A stretch of 64,000 nucleotides of DNA. Source: Patescibacteria group bacterium (GTDB lineage Bacteria; Patescibacteriota; Patescibacteriia; JBHPGJ01). Position 1 is the stretch's first letter; each line of letters opens with the position of its first letter. Positions 1 through 9,101 of this stretch are shown here, in pieces. The position numbers and the translations under genes are program-made. Below the pieces are notes generated by a model. The model had not been told where the DNA came from, did no database searches, and saw only the letters and a list, made by a program, of their open reading frames with translations. Where the stretch lies: assembly GCA_042570545.1 (NCBI GenBank), contig JBHPGJ010000002.1, positions 31,741 to 95,740 of the forward strand. The letters run 5' to 3'.

Positions 1-1
1 A

Positions 2-3000
2 GCTAATACCATTACCACTAATGGTGATTTTAATAATGAGAATACTTTCTCTAATTCCGGCGGTACCTTAGTGATGAATGGTGCGGGAACGCTGACCTCA
101 AATGCTTCTACCCTTAACAACCTTACTATCTCCGGCGTTGTCACACTGGCGGCTGCCACCCATACAGTAGCTGGCAACCTAGACTTATCCAGTAGCACTA
201 TTACCGCCGCCGGCTCGACCGTGGTGATGACCGGTACTTCAAATACCGTCGTGGGCGGTGATCAAACTTTGGCCAATTTCCAGATAAACCCAGCATCACC
301 TGGCACCATAACCCTCCAAACATCAGATCTAACATCAACCGGAACGCTTAATGTCTTTGCTGATGATACACTTACAATAGACACAGGCAGAATTATGACG
401 GCAAATAATATGGCGCTCAATGGTACCATTGATGGCGCGGGACTTCTCGACTTCAACCAAAATTCCGCTTTTCCATCTACTGGCACGCTCGATGCCGATC
501 TGCGTTTGTCTGGCACTGGCGCCCAAACTTTACCCGACCGGACATATGGTGGCAATGTCGAGATTTATAATGACTCAGCATCACCAAGTCGGACGGTAAC
601 GCTTGCCAGTGGCTCGCCTGTATATTCTGGCAATTTCACAGTGAATGCCACCAATGCTAACGACATTATAGTCGATGGAGCAACCAATAGCCCGACCATG
701 GACATTACCGGCAGTATCAGCTTTCCCGGCGCCGGCGGCGGTACTGATACTATAACTACCGGTACCAATACCTGGTTCGTCGGTGGGAGCGCTGACTTTA
801 CCAACGGCACATTTACCCATACGGCTGACGGAACTTTGGATATGGACGGCTCGGGCACACTGACCACTGCTAGCAATAACATTAAGAACCTCACTCTCTC
901 TGGAACAATAATACTAGCGGCGGCTTCCCATACAGTAAGCGGCAACCTAGACATGTCCAGTGGAGCAGTAACCGCTACCGGTTCAACTGTATTTATGAAT
1001 GGAGTTACAAAAACCATCGATGGCGGCGGCAACACCTTAAATAATCTATGGTTTACGCCGGCCGGACCGACAGCATACACGCTACAAAACACTGACCTGA
1101 CAGTCGGAGGTACGCTTGATATTGGTGATTTTGCACAAGTTAATATTAATGTTAACCGCACCCTTACCCATTCAGGAACGTTGAATTTAAACAGTACCGG
1201 CGCGACTGGTGGAGCTGGCCGCTATACTTATCAGTCATCTACCGCTCTCCCCACCGGCGGCACCATTGGCTCAATTCTCAGAATGGATTCATCGAGTAAT
1301 GACCAAAGCATGAATGCCCGCACTATTGGCGGTGCCTTAGAGATCTATAATAATAGCGCTAGTATCAGGACGGTGACACTGAATGCCGGCACCCAAGACT
1401 TTAATAGTACGTTATCTCTCGAAGCGCCGAGCTCTGGCACTTTGAACCTGACCGGCTCAGGTACTAATCCTACTATCGATCTGGAAGGGGACCTATCTTG
1501 TGTGGCTGGGGGTGCAACCAAGACTATCACCACTGGTACCGGCACCTGGAATGTCGCTGGCCTTGTTACGCTTACCAACTGCACATTAAGCGCTACGGCT
1601 GGCAACACTTTCAATTTTGATAGCGATGACGCTGCCACGCTTACCTCAGCCAGCGAAACATTTGATAATGTCGATATTTCCGGCACACTTACTTTAGCCA
1701 ATGAAACGCATACCGTTAGCGGGGCACTTGATCTTACTGGCAGTACGTTAACCGAAGGCACATCGACAGTATTGATGACCGGCACAGCTAATCTTACCGG
1801 TGGTGGGGAGACGTTGAATGATCTCACGATCGACGGCACGACAAATACTGTCACCATGGCGACGTCTAACCTCACTGTTGGCGGTACGCTCAATGTCGCA
1901 TCGGGCGATACCTTAACCATTGGTGACGGTTTGACGCTGACCCATTCTGGAGCAACGCTAACGCTCGCGGGAACCATCAATGAGGGGGGCGCCACTACTG
2001 GATTACTGGTGTATCAGTCAACTACGGCATTTCCTACAACGGGGTCCATTACAGCGGACCTTCGCATGGATGGAGCATCCGGCAACCAGATTCTGGGCGC
2101 AAGAAATGGTGCTAATAACTTCGGTGGTGACGTCGAGATTTACAACAACTCAGGCGTAGCAAGGACATTTACTCTCGGTACGGCTGGCGCACAAACACTG
2201 GACGTTGCTGGTGCGCTCACCCTGACGGCGAGCTCGGGAACTATCGAGTTAAAAGGAGAGACGTGGGATCCGACACTGAACGTGACTGGTGCGCTCACCT
2301 GCGACGTCAGTGCTGCGACCGAGACCATCACTGCGCCAGATGCCGTCGCCACCTGGACGTTTTCTAATAATGTGAATTTAACGAACTGCACTTACACAAA
2401 GAGTGCAGAAACCTTGGTCATGGATACTACCGGCACCCTAACCTCAGCTTCCCAGACTTTAAATAATTTAACCTTATCCGGCGTAATAACTTTAGCAGGG
2501 GCTACCCATATTGTTTCCGGCAACCTGAACATGACCGATGGCACCATCACCGCTACCGGCTCTACTGTCTCCATGGGCGGCACCTCTAAGACCATCACTT
2601 CTGATGGCGATTCTCTAAATAACCTTACTGTTACTGGCGGCTCCATCAGCAACGCTGATGCCATGACCGTGGCTGGCAACTTCACTCTCTCGGCTGGTGA
2701 TTTCTCACAACATGCAACTGCCAATGTGACCATTACCGGTGACACTATTCTTATCTCTGACGGAGCTACCTTCACTAAATCCGGTACTAGTGGAACGTTA
2801 ATACTAGACGGTATCTCAGATAATCAAACCTACCAAGACTTAAGTTCTGGAGCCAAACAGAACCTAGGCTCTGTCCAGATCGGCGCCAGTCCTGGCACTA
2901 CCAAACTGAAAAGCGACTTTGCCGCCGATGACCTGACTATTGTTGACGGTGACAGACTAGAGACCCACGGCTGGGAAGTAGACTTAGTTAATTTCTTTGA

Positions 3001-4828
3001 CTGCCAAGGGGCATGTATTCTTGATCTGGTTGATGATCCACCAAGTCAAGAGAGTAACGGCACCATTATTACCTTTGGCACTGACTTTACGATGTCTGGA
3101 ACCGGCACGGTGATCGTCTCGGGCAACGATTCTAGAATTGAACCAGACGGCACGGTAGACCAGATCGTCACTACTGGCGGTAAGATCTATGACACCTTTT
3201 ATGTTAATAATACCGGTGCCACTGACGCCGTTGATGACGTCATCATCTCCGGTGCCCTTGATCTAACCACCGATCTAATAATAAACGATGGTGAGCTAGA
3301 CTTAGATGCCAATGATCCGGCTGTTACTATAGAAAAAGATATGACCATCAACTCCGGTGGCGATATATTGCCCTCAGATACAAATGGCATAACCTTTGAC
3401 GGTTCAGCTACGGCCGGTACCTACACTGACTCTAGCTCTGGTGGCCCATTAAACATCGGTGATGTCACAGTAAACAAATCCTCCGGCACTCCGGCCACTG
3501 ACACCGTTACTCTGGCTTCCAGCATGCTAGCCGATACGGTAGTGATTAGTGCCGCCGACACTCTCGACCTGGTCGATTCAGGCTTTACCCTAGAACTAGC
3601 TAATAATGCTGCTACCGGAACAGTACTAACCACTACCGGTACCTTAGATGTTGGAACTAACTCCTTAGTTAAATACTCAGCTATTAATACAGTTGGTCAA
3701 GTAACCGTAGATAACACCGGTTACCACGACATTCAGTTCTCCGGAGCCGAGATCTACGATCTGGGCGGCAACCTGACCACCACTGACGATATTGACGGTA
3801 ACCTGACCATTGATTCTGGCGCCACTCTAGATGTTACCGCTACTAACTACAACATCGATCTGGCCGGTAACTGGACCAACAACGGTGACTTTACTGACCG
3901 GGCTGGTACCGTAACCCTTGACGGAGCCGCTACCCAGACCATGTCCGGACAGATGACTGGTGCCAGTGATCAATTTTATAACTTAAATATTACTAATACC
4001 TCTGGCTCGGCCACTACTTGTGAAGGCGCCTTTACCCCTGGTGTAGACTTCGCGGCGGCTGCTCAAACGGCCAATACTATGGACATCAGTCCCGGACCTA
4101 ACTATGTCCAGTTTCAAGATAGTGCTACCTATACCTTCCAGAACATTGATTGGCAGGGGACGGCTGGCAATCTGGTTTACTTAAGGAATTCTAATTTGAC
4201 CGGCGGAAGCTGGACACTAACTGTAGCCGGCACCCAAGCAGTAACATACGTCAACGTGGCCCGATCAAATGCCACCAGCACCATCGATGCCACCCAGATC
4301 TACAACGAAGACTGTGGTAATACTACAAATTGGGATTTTGATTCTCTTCAGTTCAGTATTACTGATATCGATATAGGCTTTGGATCACTGAGCACTGGCA
4401 TATCCAGATTTGCCACTGGTAACGGTATCGGAGCTGATGGGCCTACGCCAACCAGCGCTCATGACCTGACTGTCCTGACCGGCGCAGAGGGCGGCTATGC
4501 TCTGACTTATTACAGTACCCAGACACTTACTAGCGGTTCTGATGACATTAATGCCGCCACCATAACAGGTGATGGTGACGGAGATCCAGGATCTGAGCAA
4601 TTTGCTATCAGCTTTGCTACTGACGGCGATGCTACTATAGCGGTTCCATATCGTCAGAGTAGCAGTAACTATAAATATGAAACTTCGAGCACGGTTTCCA
4701 TTGCCACGGAGTCAGGGCCAACAGCTCTGGAGACTATTAGTGCGTATTACCTTGGGAATATGTCTACAGTGACAGCCGCCGGCACTTATACTACGACTAT
4801 TATATATGTAACTACCGGTACGTTTTAA
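2..4828 (+). CDS. Giant repetitive surface/adhesin-like protein. It is N-terminally truncated by the window edge. The Thr/Gly/Asn-rich tandem repeats suggest a beta-helix.
   Basis: The frame is open from position 2 through the ORF-track ORF 71-4828, with no stop upstream. The translation shows about four tandem repeats of roughly 265 aa (for example 'TLTSASxTLNNLTLSGVITLAxATHxVSGNLD...'). The C-terminal ~150 aa are homologous to the C-terminus of the next gene. Confidence 0.75.
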   Translation, partial: ANTITTNGDFNNENTFSNSGGTLVMNGAGTLTSNASTLNNLTISGVVTLAAATHTVAGNLDLSSSTITAAGSTVVMTGTSNTVVGGDQTLANFQINPASPGTITLQTSDLTSTGTLNVFADDTLTIDTGRIMTANNMALNGTIDGAGLLDFNQNSAFPSTGTLDADLRLSGTGAQTLPDRTYGGNVEIYNDSASPSRTVTLASGSPVYSGNFTVNATNANDIIVDGATNSPTMDITGSISFPGAGGGTDTITTGTNTWFVGGSADFTNGTFTHTADGTLDMDGSGTLTTASNNIKNLTLSGTIILAAASHTVSGNLDMSSGAVTATGSTVFMNGVTKTIDGGGNTLNNLWFTPAGPTAYTLQNTDLTVGGTLDIGDFAQVNINVNRTLTHSGTLNLNSTGATGGAGRYTYQSSTALPTGGTIGSILRMDSSSNDQSMNARTIGGALEIYNNSASIRTVTLNAGTQDFNSTLSLEAPSSGTLNLTGSGTNPTIDLEGDLSCVAGGATKTITTGTGTWNVAGLVTLTNCTLSATAGNTFNFDSDDAATLTSASETFDNVDISGTLTLANETHTVSGALDLTGSTLTEGTSTVLMTGTANLTGGGETLNDLTIDGTTNTVTMATSNLTVGGTLNVASGDTLTIGDGLTLTHSGATLTLAGTINEGGATTGLLVYQSTTAFPTTGSITADLRMDGASGNQILGARNGANNFGGDVEIYNNSGVARTFTLGTAGAQTLDVAGALTLTASSGTIELKGETWDPTLNVTGALTCDVSAATETITAPDAVATWTFSNNVNLTNCTYTKSAETLVMDTTGTLTSASQTLNNLTLSGVITLAGATHIVSGNLNMTDGTITATGSTVSMGGTSKTITSDGDSLNNLTVTGGSISNADAMTVAGNFTLSAGDFSQHATANVTITGDTILISDGATFTKSGTSGTLILDGISDNQTYQDLSSGAKQNLGSVQIGASPGTTKLKSDFAADDLTIVDGDRLETHGWEVDLVNFFDCQGACILDLVDDPPSQESNGTIITFGTDFTMSGTGTVIVSGNDSRIEPDGTVDQIVTTGGKIYDTFYVNNTGATDAVDDVIISGALDLTTDLIINDGELDLDANDPAVTIEKDMTINSGGDILPSDTNGITFDGSATAGTYTDSSSGGPLNIGDVTVNKSSGTPATDTVTLASSMLADTVVISAADTLDLVDSGFTLELANNAATGTVLTTTGTLDVGTNSLVKYSAINTVGQVTVDNTGYHDIQFSGAEIYDLGGNLTTTDDIDGNLTIDSGATLDVTATNYNIDLAGNWTNNGDFTDRAGTVTLDGAATQTMSGQMTGASDQFYNLNITNTSGSATTCEGAFTPGVDFAAAAQTANTMDISPGPNYVQFQDSATYTFQNIDWQGTAGNLVYLRNSNLTGGSWTLTVAGTQAVTYVNVARSNATSTIDATQIYNEDCGNTTNWDFDSLQFSITDIDIGFGSLSTGISRFATGNGIGADGPTPTSAHDLTVLTGAEGGYALTYYSTQTLTSGSDDINAATITGDGDGDPGSEQFAISFATDGDATIAVPYRQSSSNYKYETSSTVSIATESGPTALETISAYYLGNMSTVTAAGTYTTTIIYVTTGTF
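83..3200 (+). repeat. Protein-level tandem repeats with a period of about 795 nt (about 265 aa), four copies. They are diverged at the DNA level.
   Basis: The recurrent motif block 'GTLTS(N/A)S.TLNNLT(I/L)SG...LA.A.H.V.GNL.' starts near residues 5, 253, 516 and 783 of the translated ORF. Confidence 0.5.
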
Positions 4829-4891
4829 TTAATGGATAAATGCATACCCAACTTTGACATATTATGATAAAGTTGCTATACTATAGGAAGA

Positions 4892-6034
4892 TTGAGGGAC
4901 GTCGAACCTCAAACCATGATAAAATCAACAAATAATAGAAATAATTTAATTATTACGAATATGATTAGAAAATTATCAACACCTTTATTAATAGCGGCCA
5001 TGTTGGCCTTTTTTGTGTTTCCGGTCAATACTACTCACGCGGCTAACCTGACCAGTCTTAAGGACGTGATGTCCATCTTGACTGACTCAGCTGAGGCAAA
5101 CCACACTATATCGTTTGTCGCCCCGTCTGCAGTAGCTAACAATACTTCCATGACTATTACGTTTGGCACTGGTTGGGATCTGTCTGACCCGATCGATGAA
5201 GACGATATTGACGTTGCTGGTAGCACTGAAGGTGAATTAACTACCGCGGCAGACTGCACTGGTGCGGAAAATGCCGGTGTTAGCGTAGCTGGTCAGGTCA
5301 TAACGATTGAGCTTTGCGACACTGATGGCGGTGATTTTACCGGCTCTGAAACGATTACTGTAGAGATCGGTCTTCATGCCACCTCTTCAGGATCCGGCGC
5401 AAACCAGATCACTAACCAGACTGTTGCCCAAAACAACACCGATCCAACTATTGTTGTTGCCACGGCTAGTGATAGCGGCACATTAGCAACAGAAATAATC
5501 ACTGATGGTGATGTCACTGTAACTGCCACCGTAGATCCGTCAGTAACTTTCTCCATAACTGATACGACAGTCGGTTTTGGTCCGCTTGATGCTGCCCAGG
5601 AATGTTGGGCCATGGGTACCGCACCGGCATCTTGTAACTCAACCAAGCAAACTGCCCACACCATGAGTGTGGGAACTAATGCTACTGGCGGTGTGAGTTT
5701 GACATATTCTGGTCCTTCTATGACCAGTGGTGGAGATACAATTAACGACGGTACTATGACCGATGCTGACGGCACTCCCGGTACGGAAGAGTTTGGCCTT
5801 GGTATAGACGATAACGCTGCCACCCTTACCATAACAGCGGCTTATGATGAGAACACCGATAATTATAAGTTCGACTCGGCTAGTGATACCACGCCAATTG
5901 AAATTGCCACCTCCGGTGGTAATCCGGTAACCAGCACCACTATGGATACACACTACATGGCCAACATCGCTGCTGATACTGAAGCCGGCAGCTATAGTAC
6001 CGATATCATCTACGTCGCCACCGGAACCTTCTAA
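4892..6034 (+). CDS. Secreted protein with an N-terminal signal peptide. Its C-terminal domain is shared with the upstream giant protein. The start may instead be the internal ATG near 4916.
   Basis: There is a hydrophobic signal-like segment 'LSTPLLIAAMLAFFVFPVNTTHA'. The C-terminus aligns with that of ORF 2-4828 ('SITD..GFG.L...AH..V.T.A.GG..LTY...TSG.D.IN...D.PG.E.F...NYK...IATS.G...AG.Y.T.IIYV.TGTF'). Confidence 0.7.
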   Translation: MRDVEPQTMIKSTNNRNNLIITNMIRKLSTPLLIAAMLAFFVFPVNTTHAANLTSLKDVMSILTDSAEANHTISFVAPSAVANNTSMTITFGTGWDLSDPIDEDDIDVAGSTEGELTTAADCTGAENAGVSVAGQVITIELCDTDGGDFTGSETITVEIGLHATSSGSGANQITNQTVAQNNTDPTIVVATASDSGTLATEIITDGDVTVTATVDPSVTFSITDTTVGFGPLDAAQECWAMGTAPASCNSTKQTAHTMSVGTNATGGVSLTYSGPSMTSGGDTINDGTMTDADGTPGTEEFGLGIDDNAATLTITAAYDENTDNYKFDSASDTTPIEIATSGGNPVTSTTMDTHYMANIAADTEAGSYSTDIIYVATGTF

Positions 6035-6086
6035 GACATAGTTACCAGAGAATTACCATAGAGGGTAGTCTTGCCTATATTAGTTA

Positions 6087-7097
6087 ATGCTTGAAAATTA
6101 TTACAAAAAAATGCTGAAATCATTAAATCGTTTATTGTTACTTAGCGCTTTGATGGTCGGCATTTTTTTTGTAGCCGAAAGTGCTCAGGCCCTAACCTTG
6201 ATCCCGCCCTCAACAGAAATAGGCGCCGTGCCAGGCCAGAAGATCGATGTTGAGATAAAATTGTTTAACGAAGAGCAAGTACCGAAGATCGTATTTTCTG
6301 ATGTGACCAACTTTACCGCCTCAGGTGAGACCGGCAGTCCGACCTATAGTTTTGATGCTGAGCCATTTGGTATTGCCACTTGGTTTGAGGTGCTTGAAGG
6401 TCCGCTGTCAATAGAGCCTGGCCAAAGAGTAACCATACCCGTAACAATAAACGTACCGGCCGATGCAGAACCGGGCGGTCATTATGCCGCTTTGTTCTTC
6501 GGCAGTGATCCAGATAAAGATAATAATAACGAGGCCCCCCAACTGGCTATCGGTCAAAAGTTGGGCACCCTATTCCTAGTACGGGTCGATGGTGACATTG
6601 TTGAAGGCGGCGCTATTGCCACCTTTGGTCTAGCCGAGGGCAAAAAGAAATTATCTCACTTACCGGCAACTTTTGAGGTTCGTTTTGGTAATACTGGCAA
6701 CGTCCATCTTAGACCGCAGGGGAGTGTAGTGGTGAAAAATATGTTTGGCGGACAAAGTGCTAACCTGGTAATCAATGAAAGCCGGGGCGCTACTTTGCCG
6801 GAAACAATAAGGAAGTATGAAACCATCTGGGAGAAAAATGCTGTCAACGAAGGCGGTTTCTTTACCCAGTTGGGTAATGAGTGGAAGAACTTTGCTTTTG
6901 GTAAATATACCGCTACGGTAAATCTTCAGTACGGTACGGAAAATCCTACTCAAACAAGCGATAGCTTCAGCTTCTGGGTGATCCCCTGGCGGTTAATAAT
7001 TACATTTATAGTCCTGCTGGCTGTCGTTGTACTGCTGCTGATTGTCTTTATTAAAAGATACAACGCTTGGGTTATAAAAAAAGCCCAAGGTCAATAA
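6087..7097 (+). CDS. Cell-surface protein with an N-terminal signal sequence and a C-terminal transmembrane anchor. It may be DUF916-like.
   Basis: N-terminal hydrophobic segment. The C-terminus 'WVIPWRLIITFIVLLAVVVLLLIVFIKRYN' is a TM helix followed by basic residues. The motif 'VPADAEPGGHYAALFF' resembles the DUF916 family; this is recalled from memory, not searched. Confidence 0.55.
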   Translation: MLENYYKKMLKSLNRLLLLSALMVGIFFVAESAQALTLIPPSTEIGAVPGQKIDVEIKLFNEEQVPKIVFSDVTNFTASGETGSPTYSFDAEPFGIATWFEVLEGPLSIEPGQRVTIPVTINVPADAEPGGHYAALFFGSDPDKDNNNEAPQLAIGQKLGTLFLVRVDGDIVEGGAIATFGLAEGKKKLSHLPATFEVRFGNTGNVHLRPQGSVVVKNMFGGQSANLVINESRGATLPETIRKYETIWEKNAVNEGGFFTQLGNEWKNFAFGKYTATVNLQYGTENPTQTSDSFSFWVIPWRLIITFIVLLAVVVLLLIVFIKRYNAWVIKKAQGQ

Positions 7098-7112
7098 TCA
7101 CCCACCAATATT

Positions 7113-7967
7113 GTGATTAAATTCCACTGGCGATGGATAAGTTATGCGATACTTCTCCCGGTGCTTGTTTTGGCACTTGGAGTTCATTTAGTATCGGCTA
7201 TTGATGTGTCGGTATCAGCCACTGTGCCGAGTGATCCACCAATCATCCCTGATACCATAGTTCAATTTAGCGGCTATGCTTATCCCGGAGCTGATATTAC
7301 CATCAGGCAAAATGGTTCAGTGCTGGCCACTACGGTTGCCAATCCACAAGCAAATTTTAATGTGTCTAAAAAAATAAATCCCGGTACTTATACTTTCGCT
7401 ATATTTGGCGAGGATGACAATGGCTTAACGGGACGGGTCTTTAATATTACCCTAAGTATCACCGAAGGAGCGACAACAACCATAAGCGGCATATTCTTAG
7501 GACCAACCATCGATGCTGATAAAAGCACGATTGAAATTGGCGAAACAATTACCATTTTGGGTACCACCGTGCCCAATAGCACGGTGCTGATCACGGTAAA
7601 TTCAAATGCCCAAATTTCCTCACTAGTAACGGCCTTAAATGACGGTAGCTACTCTGATCAATTTATTGGCGGTCTAGGTGGTCTGGATATTGATACCCAC
7701 TCAGCTCGGTCCAAGGCCACGGCTCCGGATAATTCCATATCAGAAAATAGCAATACCATCTCCTTTGCCGTAGTTGATCAGGATGTTTGCGCTACGGCCT
7801 CGCCCGGTGATATAAACTGTGATGGCTTTGTAAACTTGGTTGATTTTAGTATTTTCTTGTTCTATTGGGGCTCAACTAATCCGGCCGAACCACGAGCTGA
7901 TATTAATAATGACGGCCGAGTTGATATCATCGACTTTAGTGTCATGTTGTTCTACTGGACGGGATAA
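7113..7967 (+). CDS. Secreted protein carrying a C-terminal type-I dockerin-like module (a duplicated Ca-binding segment).
   Basis: N-terminal signal/TM segment. The C-terminus reads 'GDINCDGFVNLVDFSIFLFYW...ADINNDGRVDIIDFSVMLFYW', two 'DxNxDGxVNxxD' loops each followed by a hydrophobic helix. Confidence 0.75.
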   Translation: MIKFHWRWISYAILLPVLVLALGVHLVSAIDVSVSATVPSDPPIIPDTIVQFSGYAYPGADITIRQNGSVLATTVANPQANFNVSKKINPGTYTFAIFGEDDNGLTGRVFNITLSITEGATTTISGIFLGPTIDADKSTIEIGETITILGTTVPNSTVLITVNSNAQISSLVTALNDGSYSDQFIGGLGGLDIDTHSARSKATAPDNSISENSNTISFAVVDQDVCATASPGDINCDGFVNLVDFSIFLFYWGSTNPAEPRADINNDGRVDIIDFSVMLFYWTG

Positions 7968-7971
7968 ATAT

Positions 7972-9096
7972 ATGAAGAAATTTATTTGGCCATTATCATT
8001 AACACTACTTATAACTGGATTTGTATTGGCGGCAAAACCAGCCACTGCCGCTCGAGTCTTTGCCTATCCAGCAGAGATGGAAGCGGCCATCAATGAGACT
8101 TTTGTGATTGATATTCGGCTTGATAGCGAACAGGAAATAATTAATGCTGTCCAAGCCCAAATTAATTTCCCAGCTGACTTATTGGAAGTGGTGGATGTTG
8201 ACCGGGGCAACTCCTTTTTAGAATTATGGGTGGAAGAACCGCAGATAGACAATAAGACCGGCCAAGTTAGTTTTGTCGGCGGCATACCTCAGGGTAGCTA
8301 TGTGGTTGAAGGCAACCTGCTGACCTTAACTTTTAGGGTGAAATCAGCCGGCTCGGCTATTGTTAGTTTTAATGGGCAAAATACCAGTGTACATCTAAAT
8401 GATCCTTTAGGCACCGCCGCAGAGATAAGTTTTGAGAATGGATTATATGCTTTGGGTAATCCAATGGCCTTGAATATTGTGATCAATTCCTCAACCCATC
8501 CGGACGAAGATCAGTGGTATCAGAATAATTTTGTAGAGTTTGATTGGAATACCAGAGAAGAAGCCGCTTATAGCTATACATTATCTATTAATCCCACCGC
8601 CGAACCTGATGAGACTTTTGATACCAATGAGGGTCAAGCCAGTTTTGAAGAAGTAAATGATGGTACACATTACTTTATATTAAAAGAAATATTACCGGGT
8701 GATGACTGGGAATTAGTTGGTCGTCGTCGGGTAAAGATTGATAAAACCCCGCCGCTGCCGATTACTACTAACTTTGGACAACACCAAAATATCGCTGAGG
8801 GAAAAATATTTCTAGCTTTTTCAACCACTGATGTCGGTTCAGGTGTAGATCGATATGAATTGACTGAGGGTGATGATATATATACTGATGTTACCAGTCC
8901 GTATGTTTTGGCCGATCAAAACAGAACCAGCGATATTGTCATTAAAGTCATAGATAAAGCCGGTAATATCAGGACTACTACCTTGCCGGCTCAGAATCAA
9001 ACCACTAAACAAGCACTACCGTTATGGGTTATAATTGTTATTGCGGTAATTGCCGTGGTCGCTATAACTACTTATATACTTAAAAAATCTAAATAA
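7972..9096 (+). CDS. Membrane-anchored protein with an N-terminal cohesin-like module and a C-terminal TM anchor.
   Basis: The start was moved to the ATG at 7972 (MKKFIWPLSLTLLITGFVLAAKPATAA, a signal peptide), because the ORF-track start at 7840 overlaps the upstream gene. The ~130-aa N-terminal region has a cohesin-like alternating hydrophobic/Gly pattern. The C-terminus 'LPLWVIIVIAVIAVVAITTYILKKSK' is a TM anchor. It is a paralog of the next gene. Confidence 0.7.
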   Translation: MKKFIWPLSLTLLITGFVLAAKPATAARVFAYPAEMEAAINETFVIDIRLDSEQEIINAVQAQINFPADLLEVVDVDRGNSFLELWVEEPQIDNKTGQVSFVGGIPQGSYVVEGNLLTLTFRVKSAGSAIVSFNGQNTSVHLNDPLGTAAEISFENGLYALGNPMALNIVINSSTHPDEDQWYQNNFVEFDWNTREEAAYSYTLSINPTAEPDETFDTNEGQASFEEVNDGTHYFILKEILPGDDWELVGRRRVKIDKTPPLPITTNFGQHQNIAEGKIFLAFSTTDVGSGVDRYELTEGDDIYTDVTSPYVLADQNRTSDIVIKVIDKAGNIRTTTLPAQNQTTKQALPLWVIIVIAVIAVVAITTYILKKSK

Positions 9097-9101
9097 CCAT
9101 T

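Noticed and set aside
262-2775. Multiple antisense or out-of-frame ORFs (262-555, 335-526, 565-1161, 581-820, 1345-1995, 2140-2391, 2392-2775) inside the giant adhesin gene.
   Set aside because: They lie entirely within a long coherent repeat-protein ORF. Their translations are low-complexity (Pro/Val/Ser-rich) and they lack start contexts. This is the usual artefact of a repetitive, compositionally biased coding strand.
7840-7971. ORF-track start at 7840 for the first cohesin-like gene, which would give a 44-aa N-terminal extension overlapping the dockerin gene.
   Set aside because: The extension overlaps the upstream gene's dockerin module in another frame. The ATG at 7972 gives a canonical signal peptide right after the upstream stop.
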